Counted from the first letter of the stretch, positions 50,836 to 61,703 are shown. The stretch: DNA of 64,000 nucleotides from Candidatus Omnitrophota bacterium (GCA_041653835.1 JBAZEP010000006.1:37-64036), one strand, 5' to 3'. The notes: a model not told the origin generated them from the sequence alone. Made by a program: numbers and translations.

Positions 50836-52109
50836 GAGTTTTGGTCATCGGCTCGGGCGGCAGGGAGCACGCCATAGTATGGAAATTATCTCAAAGCGCG
50901 AAGGTGGAAAAGATATTCTGCGCTCCGGGTAACGGCGGCATAAAAGAGTCGGCGGAATTAGTTGATATAAAAGCGGACGATATCCCGGCCCTCCTGGATT
51001 TCGCGAAAAAGAATAAGATAGATTTGACCGTGGCAGGCCCGGAGGTCCCGCTTGTAAAAGGCATAGCGGACATATTCAAGGAAAACGGCTTGAAGGTGTT
51101 CGGGCCTTTTAAAGAGAGCGCGATGCTGGAAGGGAGCAAGGTTTTTTCAAAAAATATGATGAGAAAGTTCGGGCTCCCCACAGCGGATTTCAGGGTTTTC
51201 GATGACGCCGCCTCCGCGAAAAAATATTTAAGGGAAAAAGGCGTGCCTATAGTGATAAAGGCGGACGGCCTCGCTTCAGGCAAAGGCGTGATATTGCCTA
51301 AGACCATAGAAGAAGGGGATAACGCGATAGACGCCATAATGGTAAAAAAGGTTTTCGGCTCGAGCGGGGATAAAATTATACTGGAGGATTGCCTGGAAGG
51401 CGAAGAAGCGTCTGTGCTGGTTTTTACGGATGGGAAAAATATCGCGCCCCTGGAACCGGCGCAGGACCACAAAAGGATCTTTGATAACGATAAAGGGCCT
51501 AATACAGGCGGCATGGGCGCTTATTCCCCGGCGCCGGTGGTTACAAAGGAGCTATTGGATGAGGTAATGAAAACCGTATTCAGGCCCATGATAGACGGGC
51601 TTGGGAAAGAGGGCAAAGTTTACAGAGGCGTTTTATACGCGGGCCTCATGATAACCGAACACGGGCCCATGGTGTTGGAATTTAATGTGAGGTTCGGGGA
51701 TCCCGAGACACAGGCGATACTCCCAAGGCTGAGATCAGACCTCTTAGATGTAATGACAGCATGCATAGACGGGACGCTTGATAAAATAGATATCAAATGG
51801 GATAGATCATCGTGCATATCCGTGGTCTGCGCCTCAAAAGGATACCCGGGAGAGTATGAAAAAAATAAAGAGATCTTCGGCCTGGAAGAGGCAGGGAAAA
51901 TAAAAGACGCGATTGTGTTTCACGCGGGCACAAAGAATAAAGATGGGAAGATTTTTACGGACGGCGGCAGGGTGCTTGGCGTGACAAGCCTGGGCAAAGA
52001 CATTAAGTCAGCCAGGGACAACGCGTATAAAGCCGTCAAAAAGATAAAATTCGAAGGCATGCAGTACAGGAAAGACATAGGCGACAAGGCAATTAAAAGG
52101 CAAAGTTGA
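50832..52109 (+). CDS. purD: GAR synthetase
   Basis: MRVLVIGSGGREHAIVWKL ATP-grasp. Confidence 0.9.
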   Translation: MRVLVIGSGGREHAIVWKLSQSAKVEKIFCAPGNGGIKESAELVDIKADDIPALLDFAKKNKIDLTVAGPEVPLVKGIADIFKENGLKVFGPFKESAMLEGSKVFSKNMMRKFGLPTADFRVFDDAASAKKYLREKGVPIVIKADGLASGKGVILPKTIEEGDNAIDAIMVKKVFGSSGDKIILEDCLEGEEASVLVFTDGKNIAPLEPAQDHKRIFDNDKGPNTGGMGAYSPAPVVTKELLDEVMKTVFRPMIDGLGKEGKVYRGVLYAGLMITEHGPMVLEFNVRFGDPETQAILPRLRSDLLDVMTACIDGTLDKIDIKWDRSSCISVVCASKGYPGEYEKNKEIFGLEEAGKIKDAIVFHAGTKNKDGKIFTDGGRVLGVTSLGKDIKSARDNAYKAVKKIKFEGMQYRKDIGDKAIKRQS

Positions 52110-52137
52110 CACTTGTGACATTGTCAAAAGTGTCAAC
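52105..52137. repeat. Inverted repeat GTTGACACTT-gtgacattgtcaa-AAGTGTCAAC overlapping purD stop (terminator-like, TGTGACATT motif)
   Basis: 10-bp perfect arms. Confidence 0.5.
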
Positions 52138-52150
52138 TTAGGGAGGGGTT

Positions 52151-52576
52151 ATGCCGGGCAAGAAAAAAATCCTGATAGGAATATTGATGGGAAGTGTTTC
52201 GGATAGCGAGACAATGGCGGAGACCGGGAAGATATTGAAAGAGAATAAAGTTCCTTATGAGATAAATGTGCTTTCGGCTCACAGGAACCCGGACGAGGTG
52301 CGTAAGTACGCCTTGGCAGCCAAGAAAAGAGGCGTAAAGATCCTGATATGCGGGGCAGGCATGGCTGCCGCGCTCGCGGGCGTTGTAAGTTCTCATACGG
52401 ATCTGCCGGTCATAGGTGTGCCTATCGAGACAAAATCGTTGAAAGGCATGGATTCTCTTTTATCAACGGTCCAGATGCCGGCTGGTGTGCCGGTGGCGTG
52501 TATGGCGATAGGCAGGGCAGGCGCAAAGAACGCAGCTATATTCGCGCTCAGGATGCTGAAGGCCTTTAAAAAATAA
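52151..52576 (+). CDS. purE: N5-CAIR mutase
   Basis: ILIGILMGSVSDSETM PurE motif. Confidence 0.85.
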   Translation: MPGKKKILIGILMGSVSDSETMAETGKILKENKVPYEINVLSAHRNPDEVRKYALAAKKRGVKILICGAGMAAALAGVVSSHTDLPVIGVPIETKSLKGMDSLLSTVQMPAGVPVACMAIGRAGAKNAAIFALRMLKAFKK

Positions 52577-52582
52577 TAAATA

Positions 52583-53635
52583 ATGCGGACAAAGATAATA
52601 AAATTAGATCCTTGTTCCCCTGAAGAAGCCCTTATAAACGAGGCGGCCGGTATATTAAAAAACGGCGGGCTCGTAGTGTTTCCCACTGAAACGGTTTATG
52701 GCATAGCCGCGGATATATCGAACAAAGACGCTATAGCCAGGCTGTACGAAATAAAAAAAAGGCCCAAGGACAAACCGTTCAGCGTGCATATATCGGATTT
52801 CGGTTCGTTGAAAAGACTGGGGGTAGCGCTTTCGAAAGACGCTGAAAGGCTGGCAAAGAGATACTGGCCCGGACCATTGACGCTGGTGGCATTCAATAAT
52901 AAAAAAGAAAAGATAGGGCTCAGGATGCCCGATAATAAGATAGCGCAGTTATTGATAAAAAAATCCGGGGTGGATGTGGCGGCGCCCAGCGCGAACATCT
53001 CGGGCAATAAACCGCCTGTTTCAATAGAAGAGGCGGCCGCTCAGATGGACGGCCTCGTGGATATTATATTGGACGGCGGCAGGGCAAGAGTAGGCATAGA
53101 GTCCACGGTCGTGGATGTGACGGGAAGGCCTTTTAAGATACTGAGGCAGGGCGCCATACCCGAAAAAGAGGCATTAACGGATTATACCCTGCTCTTTGTC
53201 TGCACGGGCAACAGCTGCAGGAGCGTGATGGCAAAAGCGCTGATGGAAAAGTTTGTAAAAGAAGCGGGCTTAGCCGCAAAGGTGCATATAGATTCCGCGG
53301 GGACATCGACATTCGCCGGGATAGGGCCCGCGCCCAATACGCTTTTCGTCATGAAAGAGGAAGGCGTAGACGTCTCAGGGCATATAGGCAAGAATATCAA
53401 TAAAGATATTCTAAAAAGGTCGGACATGATATTTGTGATGGAAAACTCCCAGAGAAATGTTATCATTAATATGATGCCTGAGGCGGGAAGCAAGGTCAGG
53501 CTGCTGCAAGAAGGCCAGGACATACCGGATCCGATAGGCAGGCCTGTCGAAGAATACAGGAATGTCAGGGAAGCCATAAAACGCGAGATCGAGAATATAT
53601 TTCTGGAAATTTTTAAAGAGGAGAAGAATGGATGA
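52583..53635 (+). CDS. Fusion: L-threonylcarbamoyladenylate synthase (YrdC/Sua5 domain) + low-molecular-weight protein phosphatase (YwlE-like)
   Basis: N-terminal VVFPTETVYGIAAD YrdC fold; C-terminal CTGNSCRS P-loop (CX5R) and DIPDP motif. Confidence 0.75.
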   Translation: MRTKIIKLDPCSPEEALINEAAGILKNGGLVVFPTETVYGIAADISNKDAIARLYEIKKRPKDKPFSVHISDFGSLKRLGVALSKDAERLAKRYWPGPLTLVAFNNKKEKIGLRMPDNKIAQLLIKKSGVDVAAPSANISGNKPPVSIEEAAAQMDGLVDIILDGGRARVGIESTVVDVTGRPFKILRQGAIPEKEALTDYTLLFVCTGNSCRSVMAKALMEKFVKEAGLAAKVHIDSAGTSTFAGIGPAPNTLFVMKEEGVDVSGHIGKNINKDILKRSDMIFVMENSQRNVIINMMPEAGSKVRLLQEGQDIPDPIGRPVEEYRNVREAIKREIENIFLEIFKEEKNG

Positions 53636-54078
53636 GAATAGCTATAGGCGCGGACCACGGCGGATTTAAATTAAAAGAGAGCTTAGTAAAATACCTGAAA
53701 TCAAAAGGCCATATCGTTAAGGACGCGGGGACTTTTTCCGAAGAAGGCTGCGATTATCCCCTGATAGGTTATGAGGTGGCAAGGCTTGTGGCCAAAGGGT
53801 CTTACCGGCGGGGGGTCCTTATCTGCAAGACAGGCATAGGCATGTCTATGGTGGCGAATAAGGTAAAAGGCGTGAGGGCGGCGTTATGCGACAGGCAGGA
53901 TATCGCGCGTTCGAGCAAAGAACACAATGATTCCAATGTGCTTGTGCTGGCCGCGAATATCGTTACGCCCCGGAAGGCGAAAATGATATTAGAAACATGG
54001 CTCGCAGCGAGGTGCCTGGGAGGCAGGCATGCCAGGAGAGTCAGGCAGATAAAACAGATAGAGGGTTTTCGAAGATGA
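53632..54078 (+). CDS. rpiB: Ribose-5-phosphate isomerase B
   Basis: [18 protein letters not shown]. Confidence 0.85.
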   Translation: MRIAIGADHGGFKLKESLVKYLKSKGHIVKDAGTFSEEGCDYPLIGYEVARLVAKGSYRRGVLICKTGIGMSMVANKVKGVRAALCDRQDIARSSKEHNDSNVLVLAANIVTPRKAKMILETWLAARCLGGRHARRVRQIKQIEGFRR

Positions 54079-55319
54079 AAGCGTTAAAAAGAACAGATCC
54101 TGAGATTTATAACCTGATACGCAAAGAGCTCAAACGCCAGCAGGATAATATAGAGCTTATCGCGAGCGAGAATTTCACCAGCGTTGCCGTGCTGGAAGCG
54201 GCAGGGTCGGTATTGACGAATAAATACGCGGAAGGGTATCCTTCCAAAAGATGGTATGGCGGGTGTGTTTATGTGGATGATGTCGAGAGCCTGGCAATAG
54301 AAAGGGCGAAAAGGCTCTTCTGCGCCGAGCACGCTAATGTCCAGCCGCATGCCGGGAGCCAGGCGAATATGGCGGTATATTTCGCGCTTCTTCAACCGGG
54401 AGACACTGTCCTGGCAATGGATCTTGCTGCGGGAGGGCATCTTACGCATGGGCTTAAGCATAATTTTTCCGGGAAATTGTTCAACGTGATCCCGTACGGG
54501 CTCAACAAAGACACAGAGATGCTGGATTATGACGAGATAGAGGCGCTGGCGAAAAAACATAAGCCCAGGATGATACTCGCGGGCGCGTCCGCTTATTCAC
54601 GCGTGATGGATTTCAAAAGATTCAGGGATATAGCGGACAAGGCCGGCGCGTATCTTTTCGTGGATATGGCGCACATAGCCGGGCTTGTAGCGGCGGGCCT
54701 GCATCCTAATCCGGTGGAATATGCCCATGTTGTAAGCACCACTACCCATAAGACATTGAGAGGGCCGCGCGGCGGCATGATACTCTGCAGGCAGGAGTTT
54801 GCCAAAAAGATAGACATGGAGGTCTTCCCCGGAGAGCAGGGCGGGCCTTTGATGCATATAATAGCAGCGAAAGCGGTGGCGCTCAAAGAAGCGGAGACAG
54901 CCGAATTCAGGGAATACCAGCGGCAGATCATAAAAAACTCAAAGGCGCTTGCGGCCGGATTGGATAAATTCGGATTCAGGATAGTTTCAGGTGGCACGGA
55001 TAATCATTTATTCCTGGTTGACCTGACCTCGAAAAATATTACAGGAAAAGAAGCCAGCGAAATACTTGACAAGATACATATAACGGTCAACAAAAACCTC
55101 ATACCTTTCGATCCGAATCCCCCCGCCCTTACAAGCGGCATAAGGCTGGGCACGCCCGCTGTTACCACGCGCGGGATGGAAGAGAATGACATGAAAAAAA
55201 TAGCGCAGCTCATCGACTGCGCGGTCAAATACAGGGAGGATGCGGGTAAGCTGGAAGGATGCGCCAAAGACGTGGCAAAGCTGATAAGAAGGTTCCCGTT
55301 GTACCCGGAACTGGATTAA
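54075..55319 (+). CDS. glyA: Serine hydroxymethyltransferase
   Basis: PLP Lys motif [13 protein letters not shown]; start at ATG 54075. Confidence 0.9.
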   Translation: MKALKRTDPEIYNLIRKELKRQQDNIELIASENFTSVAVLEAAGSVLTNKYAEGYPSKRWYGGCVYVDDVESLAIERAKRLFCAEHANVQPHAGSQANMAVYFALLQPGDTVLAMDLAAGGHLTHGLKHNFSGKLFNVIPYGLNKDTEMLDYDEIEALAKKHKPRMILAGASAYSRVMDFKRFRDIADKAGAYLFVDMAHIAGLVAAGLHPNPVEYAHVVSTTTHKTLRGPRGGMILCRQEFAKKIDMEVFPGEQGGPLMHIIAAKAVALKEAETAEFREYQRQIIKNSKALAAGLDKFGFRIVSGGTDNHLFLVDLTSKNITGKEASEILDKIHITVNKNLIPFDPNPPALTSGIRLGTPAVTTRGMEENDMKKIAQLIDCAVKYREDAGKLEGCAKDVAKLIRRFPLYPELD

Positions 55320-55323
55320 AGAA

Positions 55324-55391
55324 AGTCCCTCGCCGCGATTTTTAGATATACGGCGGCTCGGGACGAATTTTGTTTCACAAAATTCGGAGGC
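55324..55391 (+). promoter_or_regulatory. Conserved leader element (copy 2) AGTCCCTC...CGGCGGCTCGGGACGAATTTTGTTTCACAAAATTCGGAGGC upstream of nrdR
   Basis: 37-nt identical to 13472..13508; hairpin + SD 5 nt before ATG. Confidence 0.6.
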
Positions 55392-55395
55392 CCAT

Positions 55396-55857
55396 ATGAA
55401 ATGCCCGTTCTGCGGACATAACGAAGACAAGGTTATCGATTCCCGTTCAAGCGAGGAAGGCCGTTCGATAAGAAGGCGCAGGGAATGCCTGAATTGCCAG
55501 AGGCGTTTCACGACATACGAGAACATAGAAGAATCCAGCCTCATGGTCGTAAAAAAAGACGGCCGCAGGGAGCCGTTTGACAGGAAAAAGATATTAAGCG
55601 GGCTTACAAAGGCATGCGAAAAAAGGCCCATAGGCACGGAACAGCTTGAAGCGCTGGCGGATAAAATAGAATACACCCTCCAGAGTAAATTCGAAAAAGA
55701 AGTGCCTTCCAGGGAAGTAGGGGAGTTATTGATGGAGCTTTTATATAAGCTTGACGAGGTTGCTTATGTGAGGTTCGCTTCCGTGTACCGCCAGTTCAAG
55801 GATATAAACCAATTTATGAAGGAATTGAAAGACCTGCTGAACCACGATAAATTGTGA
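55396..55857 (+). CDS. nrdR: Transcriptional repressor NrdR
   Basis: [42 protein letters not shown] zinc ribbon + ATP-cone. Confidence 0.9.
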   Translation: MKCPFCGHNEDKVIDSRSSEEGRSIRRRRECLNCQRRFTTYENIEESSLMVVKKDGRREPFDRKKILSGLTKACEKRPIGTEQLEALADKIEYTLQSKFEKEVPSREVGELLMELLYKLDEVAYVRFASVYRQFKDINQFMKELKDLLNHDKL

Positions 55858-55859
55858 TT

Positions 55860-55887
55860 GTAGGGGGCGGTCGCGACCGCCCCCTAC
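55860..55887. repeat. Perfect palindrome GTAGGGGGCGGTCGCGACCGCCCCCTAC (family 2, copy 2) between convergent nrdR and ppiD-like
   Basis: 28-nt perfect inverted repeat. Confidence 0.7.
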
Positions 55888-57302
55888 TTGGATGTATAGC
55901 TTACAAATCCCGCCTTTTTCTGCAGATCCTGGAAATATTTATCGAATTCTTTTTCTTTTTTATCCGACAGGATCCCCTCTTTGAATTTTTCTTTTTCTTC
56001 TATAAATTTCGATTCGTCTATGGTTATTAATTCAAGAGGCTGGATAATGACCCAGCCCGCGGGGCTTTTCAAGGGTTTCGAAACAGCGCCTGTCTCCAGC
56101 GACAAGGCCATGTCCACGAATTCCCTGGCAGGGCCGATCTCCGGTACATAGCCGTCCCGGCCTATATAATCTGTTTCTTTTGCCTCAAGAGCGTATTCTT
56201 TTAAAATATCCACGAATTTTTCGTTGTTTTTGACCCTCGCGTCCGCGTCAAGATATACCTTTTCAGCTTTTTCTTTGGCAAGCCCGATTGCGGCGTTTTT
56301 TATAAACGCGTTTTTAACCGCGTCCTTGACTTCCTCATAACCAGGTATATAAGGCCCTTTCTTTTCTTTTAATTGTATAATGTAGAACCCTTTGTCTGTT
56401 TTTATCAGCGCCTCGTTTATCTGATCTTTTTCCAGCCCAAAGCTTATTTCCATAAAATCATAGGACCAGCCTATGGCAGGGACTTCCTGGTCAACGGAGA
56501 AAAACCCGGTTTCCTTTATTTCCAGGGAATTGGATTTCGCGGGTTCTTCGAGACCTTTTTTCAGTTTTACCTGGTCCAGGACCTTGTAAGCTAGGTCTTC
56601 CGCGCCCTCCGCGGAAACAGGGATCTCGATGTACCGGACATTCGCCTGTTCTCCTTTTCTGAAAGAGGTCTTATTTTTTTCATAGAAATCCACAAGCCCG
56701 GTGTCCGTATATTGGACATCTTTTTCAAAATCGGTAAATGGTATGAGGGCGTACGATGATTTTATTTTTTCAAATTTCTTTTTATACTCATTTTTCACTT
56801 CTTCGTCGCTGACATTGACCAGGGAAGTGATCCGTTCCCTGAGTCCGGATATCAGCAGGTCGTCCCGCAGTTTTTCTTCGAATGCCCTGGCGGTATCCTG
56901 AAGCATGGATTTGTACAATTTCCTATCAAAGGCGCCGTCTCTCTGAAACGCGGGGATCGAGGCGATCCTTTCCACAACCTCGCGGTCCGTCACGGTTATT
57001 TTTTCCCTCCTGGCGGTTTCGATGAGTATTATGCGTGTCCACGCCAGCTGGTCTATGAACTCCTCAGGGACGTTATTGCCGAAGGATTTCACGGCGTAAT
57101 CCCTGGCAACGTTCCACATATCATAGTAATCATCGTAAGATATCTTTTTGCCGAAAAGCTTCCCGGCATAATCAGGTTTGCCGTCCTTATCTTTGCCGGA
57201 CGTGCCGGCGCCCCATATAACAAAAGCGGGTATTATCAATATCGCCAGCGCCCACATGATGCGCCTCATATTTTTGCGTTTGCGTAAGAATTTTAACAGC
57301 AT
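55884..57302 (-). CDS. Periplasmic chaperone / peptidyl-prolyl isomerase (PpiD/SurA-like)
   Basis: N-terminal membrane anchor, SurA-N-like region and parvulin-like segment, 472 aa. Confidence 0.6.
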   Translation of the reverse strand: MLLKFLRKRKNMRRIMWALAILIIPAFVIWGAGTSGKDKDGKPDYAGKLFGKKISYDDYYDMWNVARDYAVKSFGNNVPEEFIDQLAWTRIILIETARREKITVTDREVVERIASIPAFQRDGAFDRKLYKSMLQDTARAFEEKLRDDLLISGLRERITSLVNVSDEEVKNEYKKKFEKIKSSYALIPFTDFEKDVQYTDTGLVDFYEKNKTSFRKGEQANVRYIEIPVSAEGAEDLAYKVLDQVKLKKGLEEPAKSNSLEIKETGFFSVDQEVPAIGWSYDFMEISFGLEKDQINEALIKTDKGFYIIQLKEKKGPYIPGYEEVKDAVKNAFIKNAAIGLAKEKAEKVYLDADARVKNNEKFVDILKEYALEAKETDYIGRDGYVPEIGPAREFVDMALSLETGAVSKPLKSPAGWVIIQPLELITIDESKFIEEKEKFKEGILSDKKEKEFDKYFQDLQKKAGFVSYTSK

Positions 57303-57378
57303 AGACAGCTCCTTTTTGTTTTGTGAAAGATATTATAATCTTTATATCCAAAAAAAGCTATGGTAAAATGATTTTGTC

Positions 57379-59088
57379 ATGAAAAATAAACTTGTCGCGG
57401 ATATCTTCAGGGAAATAGCCGAGATACTGGAAATCAAGGGAGAGAATCATTTCAGGATCAGGGCGTACGAACGGGCGGGGCTTAACATAGAGTCGCTTCC
57501 GGAAGACGTGGAGGTGCTGGCAAAAGAAGACAGGCTCAAGGATATTGAAGGCATAGGCAAGGACCTGGAAGGGAAGATAAAGGAGATAGTGTCTACGGGT
57601 AAGCTGAAATATCTCGAGGAATTGAAAAAAGATGTGCCCTCCGGCCTTATAGAGATGCTGAATGTCCCGGGTATAGGGCCCAAGACAGCGAAGCTGTTGC
57701 ATGAAAAACTCGGCATACAGGACGTAATTATGTTAGAGAGGATGGCGCACGCGGGGAAGATAAGGAATCTCGAAGGCCTGGGAGAAAAGACTGAGGAAAA
57801 TATACTGCGTGGTATAGAACTTTTCAAAAAAGGCAGGGAGAGGCTTGATTTGAAAACAGCCTCGGATGTGGCCGCCGGTTTCGTGGAAGAACTTAAAAAA
57901 TTAAAAGAGGTGAAAAAAATAAACCCGGCCGGCAGCCTCCGGAGGATGAAGGAGGCGGTCAGAGATATAGATATCCTTATTTCTTCGGGCAATCCCGGGA
58001 AAGTAATGGACGCGTTTATCTCGGCAAAGGACGTAAAGGACGTGATCGCTAAGGGCGATACAAAATCAGCCGTCCTTACGAAAGATAACGTGCAGGTGGA
58101 TGTGCGGGTAGTGGATGAGAGGTCCTACGGAGCGGCGCTGTTGTATTTTACGGGTTCCAAGGAGCACAATATAAAACTCAGGCAGCTCGCGATAAAAAAA
58201 GACCTGAAACTGAATGAATACGGGATATTCAGGAAAGACAAAAAAATAGCCGGAAAAACCGAGGAAGAAATGTATAAGGCGTTGGGTTTGGCGTATGTAG
58301 AGCCTGAATTAAGGGAAGACAGGGGAGAGCTCGAAGCCGCGGCGCGAGGGAGATTGCCGGATCTTATAGAATTAAAGGATATAAAAGGAGACCTGCACGC
58401 GCATTCTACCTGGTCTGACGGCGGCAGTTCCATGGAAGAAATGGTGATAAAAGCCAGGAAGCTGGGATATGAATATATTGCCATTACAGACCATTCACAG
58501 GGACTGAAGATAGCTGGCGGGCTGGGCATCCATGAATTGGGACTCAAGAGGAAAGAGATGGAGAGGTTGAGAAAAAAATATAAAGACATAAAGATCCTTT
58601 TCGGCTCGGAGGTAGATATAGATTCGGACGGGAACCTGGATTATCCTGACAGCGTATTGAAGGAGATGGATGTTGTGATAGGCGCGATACACGCGGGATT
58701 TAAACAGCCCAGGGCCGTGATCACGAAACGCCTTATAAAGGCATGCGGTAATAAATATGTAAGCGTGATAGCGCATCCTACAGGCAGGCTCTGGGGTTCA
58801 AGAGACGCGTATGACATGGATTTCGAGGAGGTTTTTAAGGCGGCGAGGGATACCAATACGGCATTCGAGATAAATAGTTTTCCGCAGAGGCTGGACTTAA
58901 ATGATATCAACGCCAGGATGGCGAAGGACGCTGGCGTAAAACTCGTCATAAATACGGATTCGCATCTGGCGGACCAACTACCCATGATGCGGTTCGGGGT
59001 GGCGGTAGCTAGGCGGGCATGGCTTGAAAAAAAACATGTATTGAACACCGCAAGTTTAGGCAAGTTGAAGCTAAAAACTTGGAATTGA
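57379..59088 (+). CDS. polX: DNA polymerase X family protein with C-terminal PHP domain
   Basis: HhH GIGxK motifs, Pol beta palm, C-terminal DLHAHSTWSDG PHP. Confidence 0.85.
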   Translation: MKNKLVADIFREIAEILEIKGENHFRIRAYERAGLNIESLPEDVEVLAKEDRLKDIEGIGKDLEGKIKEIVSTGKLKYLEELKKDVPSGLIEMLNVPGIGPKTAKLLHEKLGIQDVIMLERMAHAGKIRNLEGLGEKTEENILRGIELFKKGRERLDLKTASDVAAGFVEELKKLKEVKKINPAGSLRRMKEAVRDIDILISSGNPGKVMDAFISAKDVKDVIAKGDTKSAVLTKDNVQVDVRVVDERSYGAALLYFTGSKEHNIKLRQLAIKKDLKLNEYGIFRKDKKIAGKTEEEMYKALGLAYVEPELREDRGELEAAARGRLPDLIELKDIKGDLHAHSTWSDGGSSMEEMVIKARKLGYEYIAITDHSQGLKIAGGLGIHELGLKRKEMERLRKKYKDIKILFGSEVDIDSDGNLDYPDSVLKEMDVVIGAIHAGFKQPRAVITKRLIKACGNKYVSVIAHPTGRLWGSRDAYDMDFEEVFKAARDTNTAFEINSFPQRLDLNDINARMAKDAGVKLVINTDSHLADQLPMMRFGVAVARRAWLEKKHVLNTASLGKLKLKTWN

Positions 59089-59113
59089 CTAGGATGGCAG
59101 GATTTGTTATAAT
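59085..59113 (+). promoter_or_regulatory. Promoter TTGACT-17-TATAAT
   Basis: Read directly, overlapping polX stop. Confidence 0.5.
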
Positions 59114-59140
59114 GCATATTTGGAAAAGAGGTAATCGACA

Positions 59141-59368
59141 ATGAGAAAGATTTGGATCTTATCGCTGGCAGCAGCGATTCTTGTGTCTCTGAGCTTGTTT
59201 ACGTTTAATATCTTCGGCAAAGGCGATGTCTTTGGCCAGGATAATGAAACGAAACAGCTTTCAGAGAAGATAGACAGGATATTGAAAAACCAGGAAGATA
59301 TAATCGCACGGCTCGCTGAGATACGCCAGGAGCTGGATATTATAAGAGTAAGGGCTTCGCGCAGGTGA
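59141..59368 (+). CDS. Small membrane-anchored hypothetical protein (75 aa)
   Basis: N-terminal hydrophobic helix, AAGGAGG RBS downstream for ccdA. Confidence 0.4.
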   Translation: MRKIWILSLAAAILVSLSLFTFNIFGKGDVFGQDNETKQLSEKIDRILKNQEDIIARLAEIRQELDIIRVRASRR

Positions 59369-59383
59369 GTCAAAGGAGGACGT

Positions 59384-60100
59384 ATGGTTGCTGGAAGCGA
59401 AGTCTCTATTCTTATAGCTTTTTCCGCGGGTGTATTGACATTCCTTTCCCCCTGCATATTACCGCTTTTACCGTCGTACATTACCTATATCACGGGCAAG
59501 TCTTTCGATGAGATAAAATCATCGGAGAGGCCAGGCAGTATAACCAGGCTTACCGCCATAAACTCTTTATTTTTTATCCTCGGGTTTTCAATAGTTTTTG
59601 TTGCCCTCGGCATCGCGCTCTCGTATTTCGGGAGTTTTTTCGGCATAAAGAGGATATGGCTTGAGAGGGCGGGCGGGCTCCTGATAATCATCCTGGGGCT
59701 TAATATAGCCGGGTTTTTGAAAATAAATTTTCTAAGCCTCAAAAAAGGGATAGGCTTAAAAGGCAAGCATACCGGTTATCTCGGGTCTCTGTTTGTAGGC
59801 ATGGCATTCGCGTTTGGATGGACGCCGTGCGTGGGGGCGATATTATCGAGTATCCTCATATACGCCTCGACGCTTGAAAGCCTGCCTAAGGCAGCAATGC
59901 TTTTATCAGCTTATTCGCTGGGCCTGGGCCTGCCGTTTTTTATGGCGGGACTCGCGATAAATCAGTTCCTGTTCCTTTTTTCCAAGTTCAGGAACTTCAT
60001 GAAGTATGTACCCCTGGTTTCAGGGATATTCCTGATATTGGCGGGCGTAGTTTTGTTCTCGGGCCAGTTTTCCAGGGTCGCAAGTTTATTTGTAAGATAA
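59384..60100 (+). CDS. ccdA: Cytochrome c-type biogenesis protein CcdA (DsbD family)
   Basis: FLSPCILPLLPSYI and second Cys in GWTPCVG. Confidence 0.8.
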   Translation: MVAGSEVSILIAFSAGVLTFLSPCILPLLPSYITYITGKSFDEIKSSERPGSITRLTAINSLFFILGFSIVFVALGIALSYFGSFFGIKRIWLERAGGLLIIILGLNIAGFLKINFLSLKKGIGLKGKHTGYLGSLFVGMAFAFGWTPCVGAILSSILIYASTLESLPKAAMLLSAYSLGLGLPFFMAGLAINQFLFLFSKFRNFMKYVPLVSGIFLILAGVVLFSGQFSRVASLFVR

Positions 60101-60110
60101 AGGAGGAAAT

Positions 60111-60620
60111 ATGAAAAAAATACAGATGGTTATTTTAGGAACTCTGGCTTTGCTCGTGGCCGGATTTGTTTTATCCGGACAGCCGGCGTTATGCAAGGGC
60201 GCGGGCCCTGTAAAAAAGGCCCCGGAGTTCTCTCTCAAAGATATCAACGGAAAACAAGTAAGCCTGTCTGATTTCAAAGGCAAAGTCCTGATAATAGATT
60301 TTTGGGCAACGTGGTGCCCTCCATGCAAGCAGGAGGTACCGCATTTCATAGAACTCTACGATCAATATAAAGATAAGGGCCTGGAGATTATAGGCATCGC
60401 GCTGGATTGGCAGGGAGAAAAAGTAGTACCAAAGTTTGTTTCGGAATATAAAATAAACTACCCCGTAGTCCTGGGCAATGATGAGGTCAGCGGTTTATAC
60501 GGAGGCATAGCGGCTATCCCCACGACGTTCCTTGTGGATAGGGAAGGCAATATAATCAAAAAATATATAGGGTACAACGCTAAAGAAGTATTCGAGAAGG
60601 ATATGAAGGAACTTCTTTAA
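60111..60620 (+). CDS. TlpA/ResA-like thiol:disulfide oxidoreductase (thioredoxin fold)
   Basis: WATWCPPC active site, signal/anchor. Confidence 0.8.
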   Translation: MKKIQMVILGTLALLVAGFVLSGQPALCKGAGPVKKAPEFSLKDINGKQVSLSDFKGKVLIIDFWATWCPPCKQEVPHFIELYDQYKDKGLEIIGIALDWQGEKVVPKFVSEYKINYPVVLGNDEVSGLYGGIAAIPTTFLVDREGNIIKKYIGYNAKEVFEKDMKELL

Positions 60621-60637
60621 ATTACCGGGGCGGATAT

Positions 60638-61300
60638 ATGATAGTTACGAAAAAAAAGCCGGCCGAGGAGGTATTAAAAGCGCTTGGTTCCGTGTCAAAG
60701 GTTTTTATAATAGGATGCGGAGATTGTGCCACTACCTGTAAGACGGGCGGAGAAAAAGAAGTCATGGAAATGAAGGCATACCTGGAGGCGAACGGAAAAA
60801 GAGTGACAGGGTGGGCGATACCCGATTCCCCGTGCATAGCGAGCCAGGTAAAACTCCACTTCGCGAAAAATAAGAAAGCGGTAGATGAGGCTGAGGTTTT
60901 TTTGGTGCTTTCATGCGGGCTGGGCGCGCAATCCGTGCTCGAAAATGACAGGAACAAAAGGCCGGTCTATATAGCCTGCGACACCGTGTTCAGTTCCATA
61001 TTAGACGCTACGGGATACGGGTTTTTCGAGAGATGCGCCATGTGCGGCGAGTGTGTGCTGAATGCCACGGGAGGCATATGCCCGGTAACAAGATGCGCGA
61101 AAGGGCTTCTGAACGGGCCGTGCGGGGGCTCCAACAAAGGCAAATGCGAGGTCGATAAAAATAAGGATTGCGCGTGGCTCTTGATCTACAACAGGGCAAA
61201 GGACTTGAACAGGCTCGAAGATTTCAGGAAAACGAAACCTGCCAAGGATTATTCGAAGGTAAACAGGCCGAGAGAACTTATTCTCGGGAATCAAGCTTAG
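60638..61300 (+). CDS. Cys-rich zinc-ribbon protein, methylene-THF reductase C-terminal domain-like (MetV-like)
   Basis: GCGDCATTC..., CAMCGECVLNATGGICPVTRC...NGPCGG cysteine pattern. Confidence 0.4.
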   Translation: MIVTKKKPAEEVLKALGSVSKVFIIGCGDCATTCKTGGEKEVMEMKAYLEANGKRVTGWAIPDSPCIASQVKLHFAKNKKAVDEAEVFLVLSCGLGAQSVLENDRNKRPVYIACDTVFSSILDATGYGFFERCAMCGECVLNATGGICPVTRCAKGLLNGPCGGSNKGKCEVDKNKDCAWLLIYNRAKDLNRLEDFRKTKPAKDYSKVNRPRELILGNQA

Positions 61301-61313
61301 CAAAGGAGTAGGT

Positions 61314-61703
61314 ATGGAAAGTTTTCACACTGAGTACAGCGAAAAAGTAATGGATCATTTTAAGAATCCGAGGAATGTGGGGGAGATCCCGGACGCGGAC
61401 GGCATAGGGAATGTGGGCAACCCTGTGTGCGGCGACATCATGAGGCTCTACATAAAGGTGGAAGATGAGAAGATCGTGGACGCAAAATTCAAGACCTTCG
61501 GCTGTGGCGCGGCAATAGCCACGAGTTCTATGGTCACTGAGCTTGTCAAAGGCAAGACCATAGACGAGGCGTTGAAGGTTTCGAACAGGGCTGTCGCCGA
61601 AGCGCTCGGCGGTCTTCCGAAGATAAAGATGCATTGTTCTGTTCTCGCGGAAGAGGCGCTGAAGTCGGCGATAGATGATTATTTGAAAAGAAAAAAGAAA
61701 TAG
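61314..61703 (+). CDS. nifU: Fe-S cluster assembly scaffold NifU/IscU N-terminal domain protein
   Basis: NPVCGDIMRLYIKV...FKTFGCGAAIA...MHCSVLAEEA three conserved Cys. Confidence 0.85.
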   Translation: MESFHTEYSEKVMDHFKNPRNVGEIPDADGIGNVGNPVCGDIMRLYIKVEDEKIVDAKFKTFGCGAAIATSSMVTELVKGKTIDEALKVSNRAVAEALGGLPKIKMHCSVLAEEALKSAIDDYLKRKKK

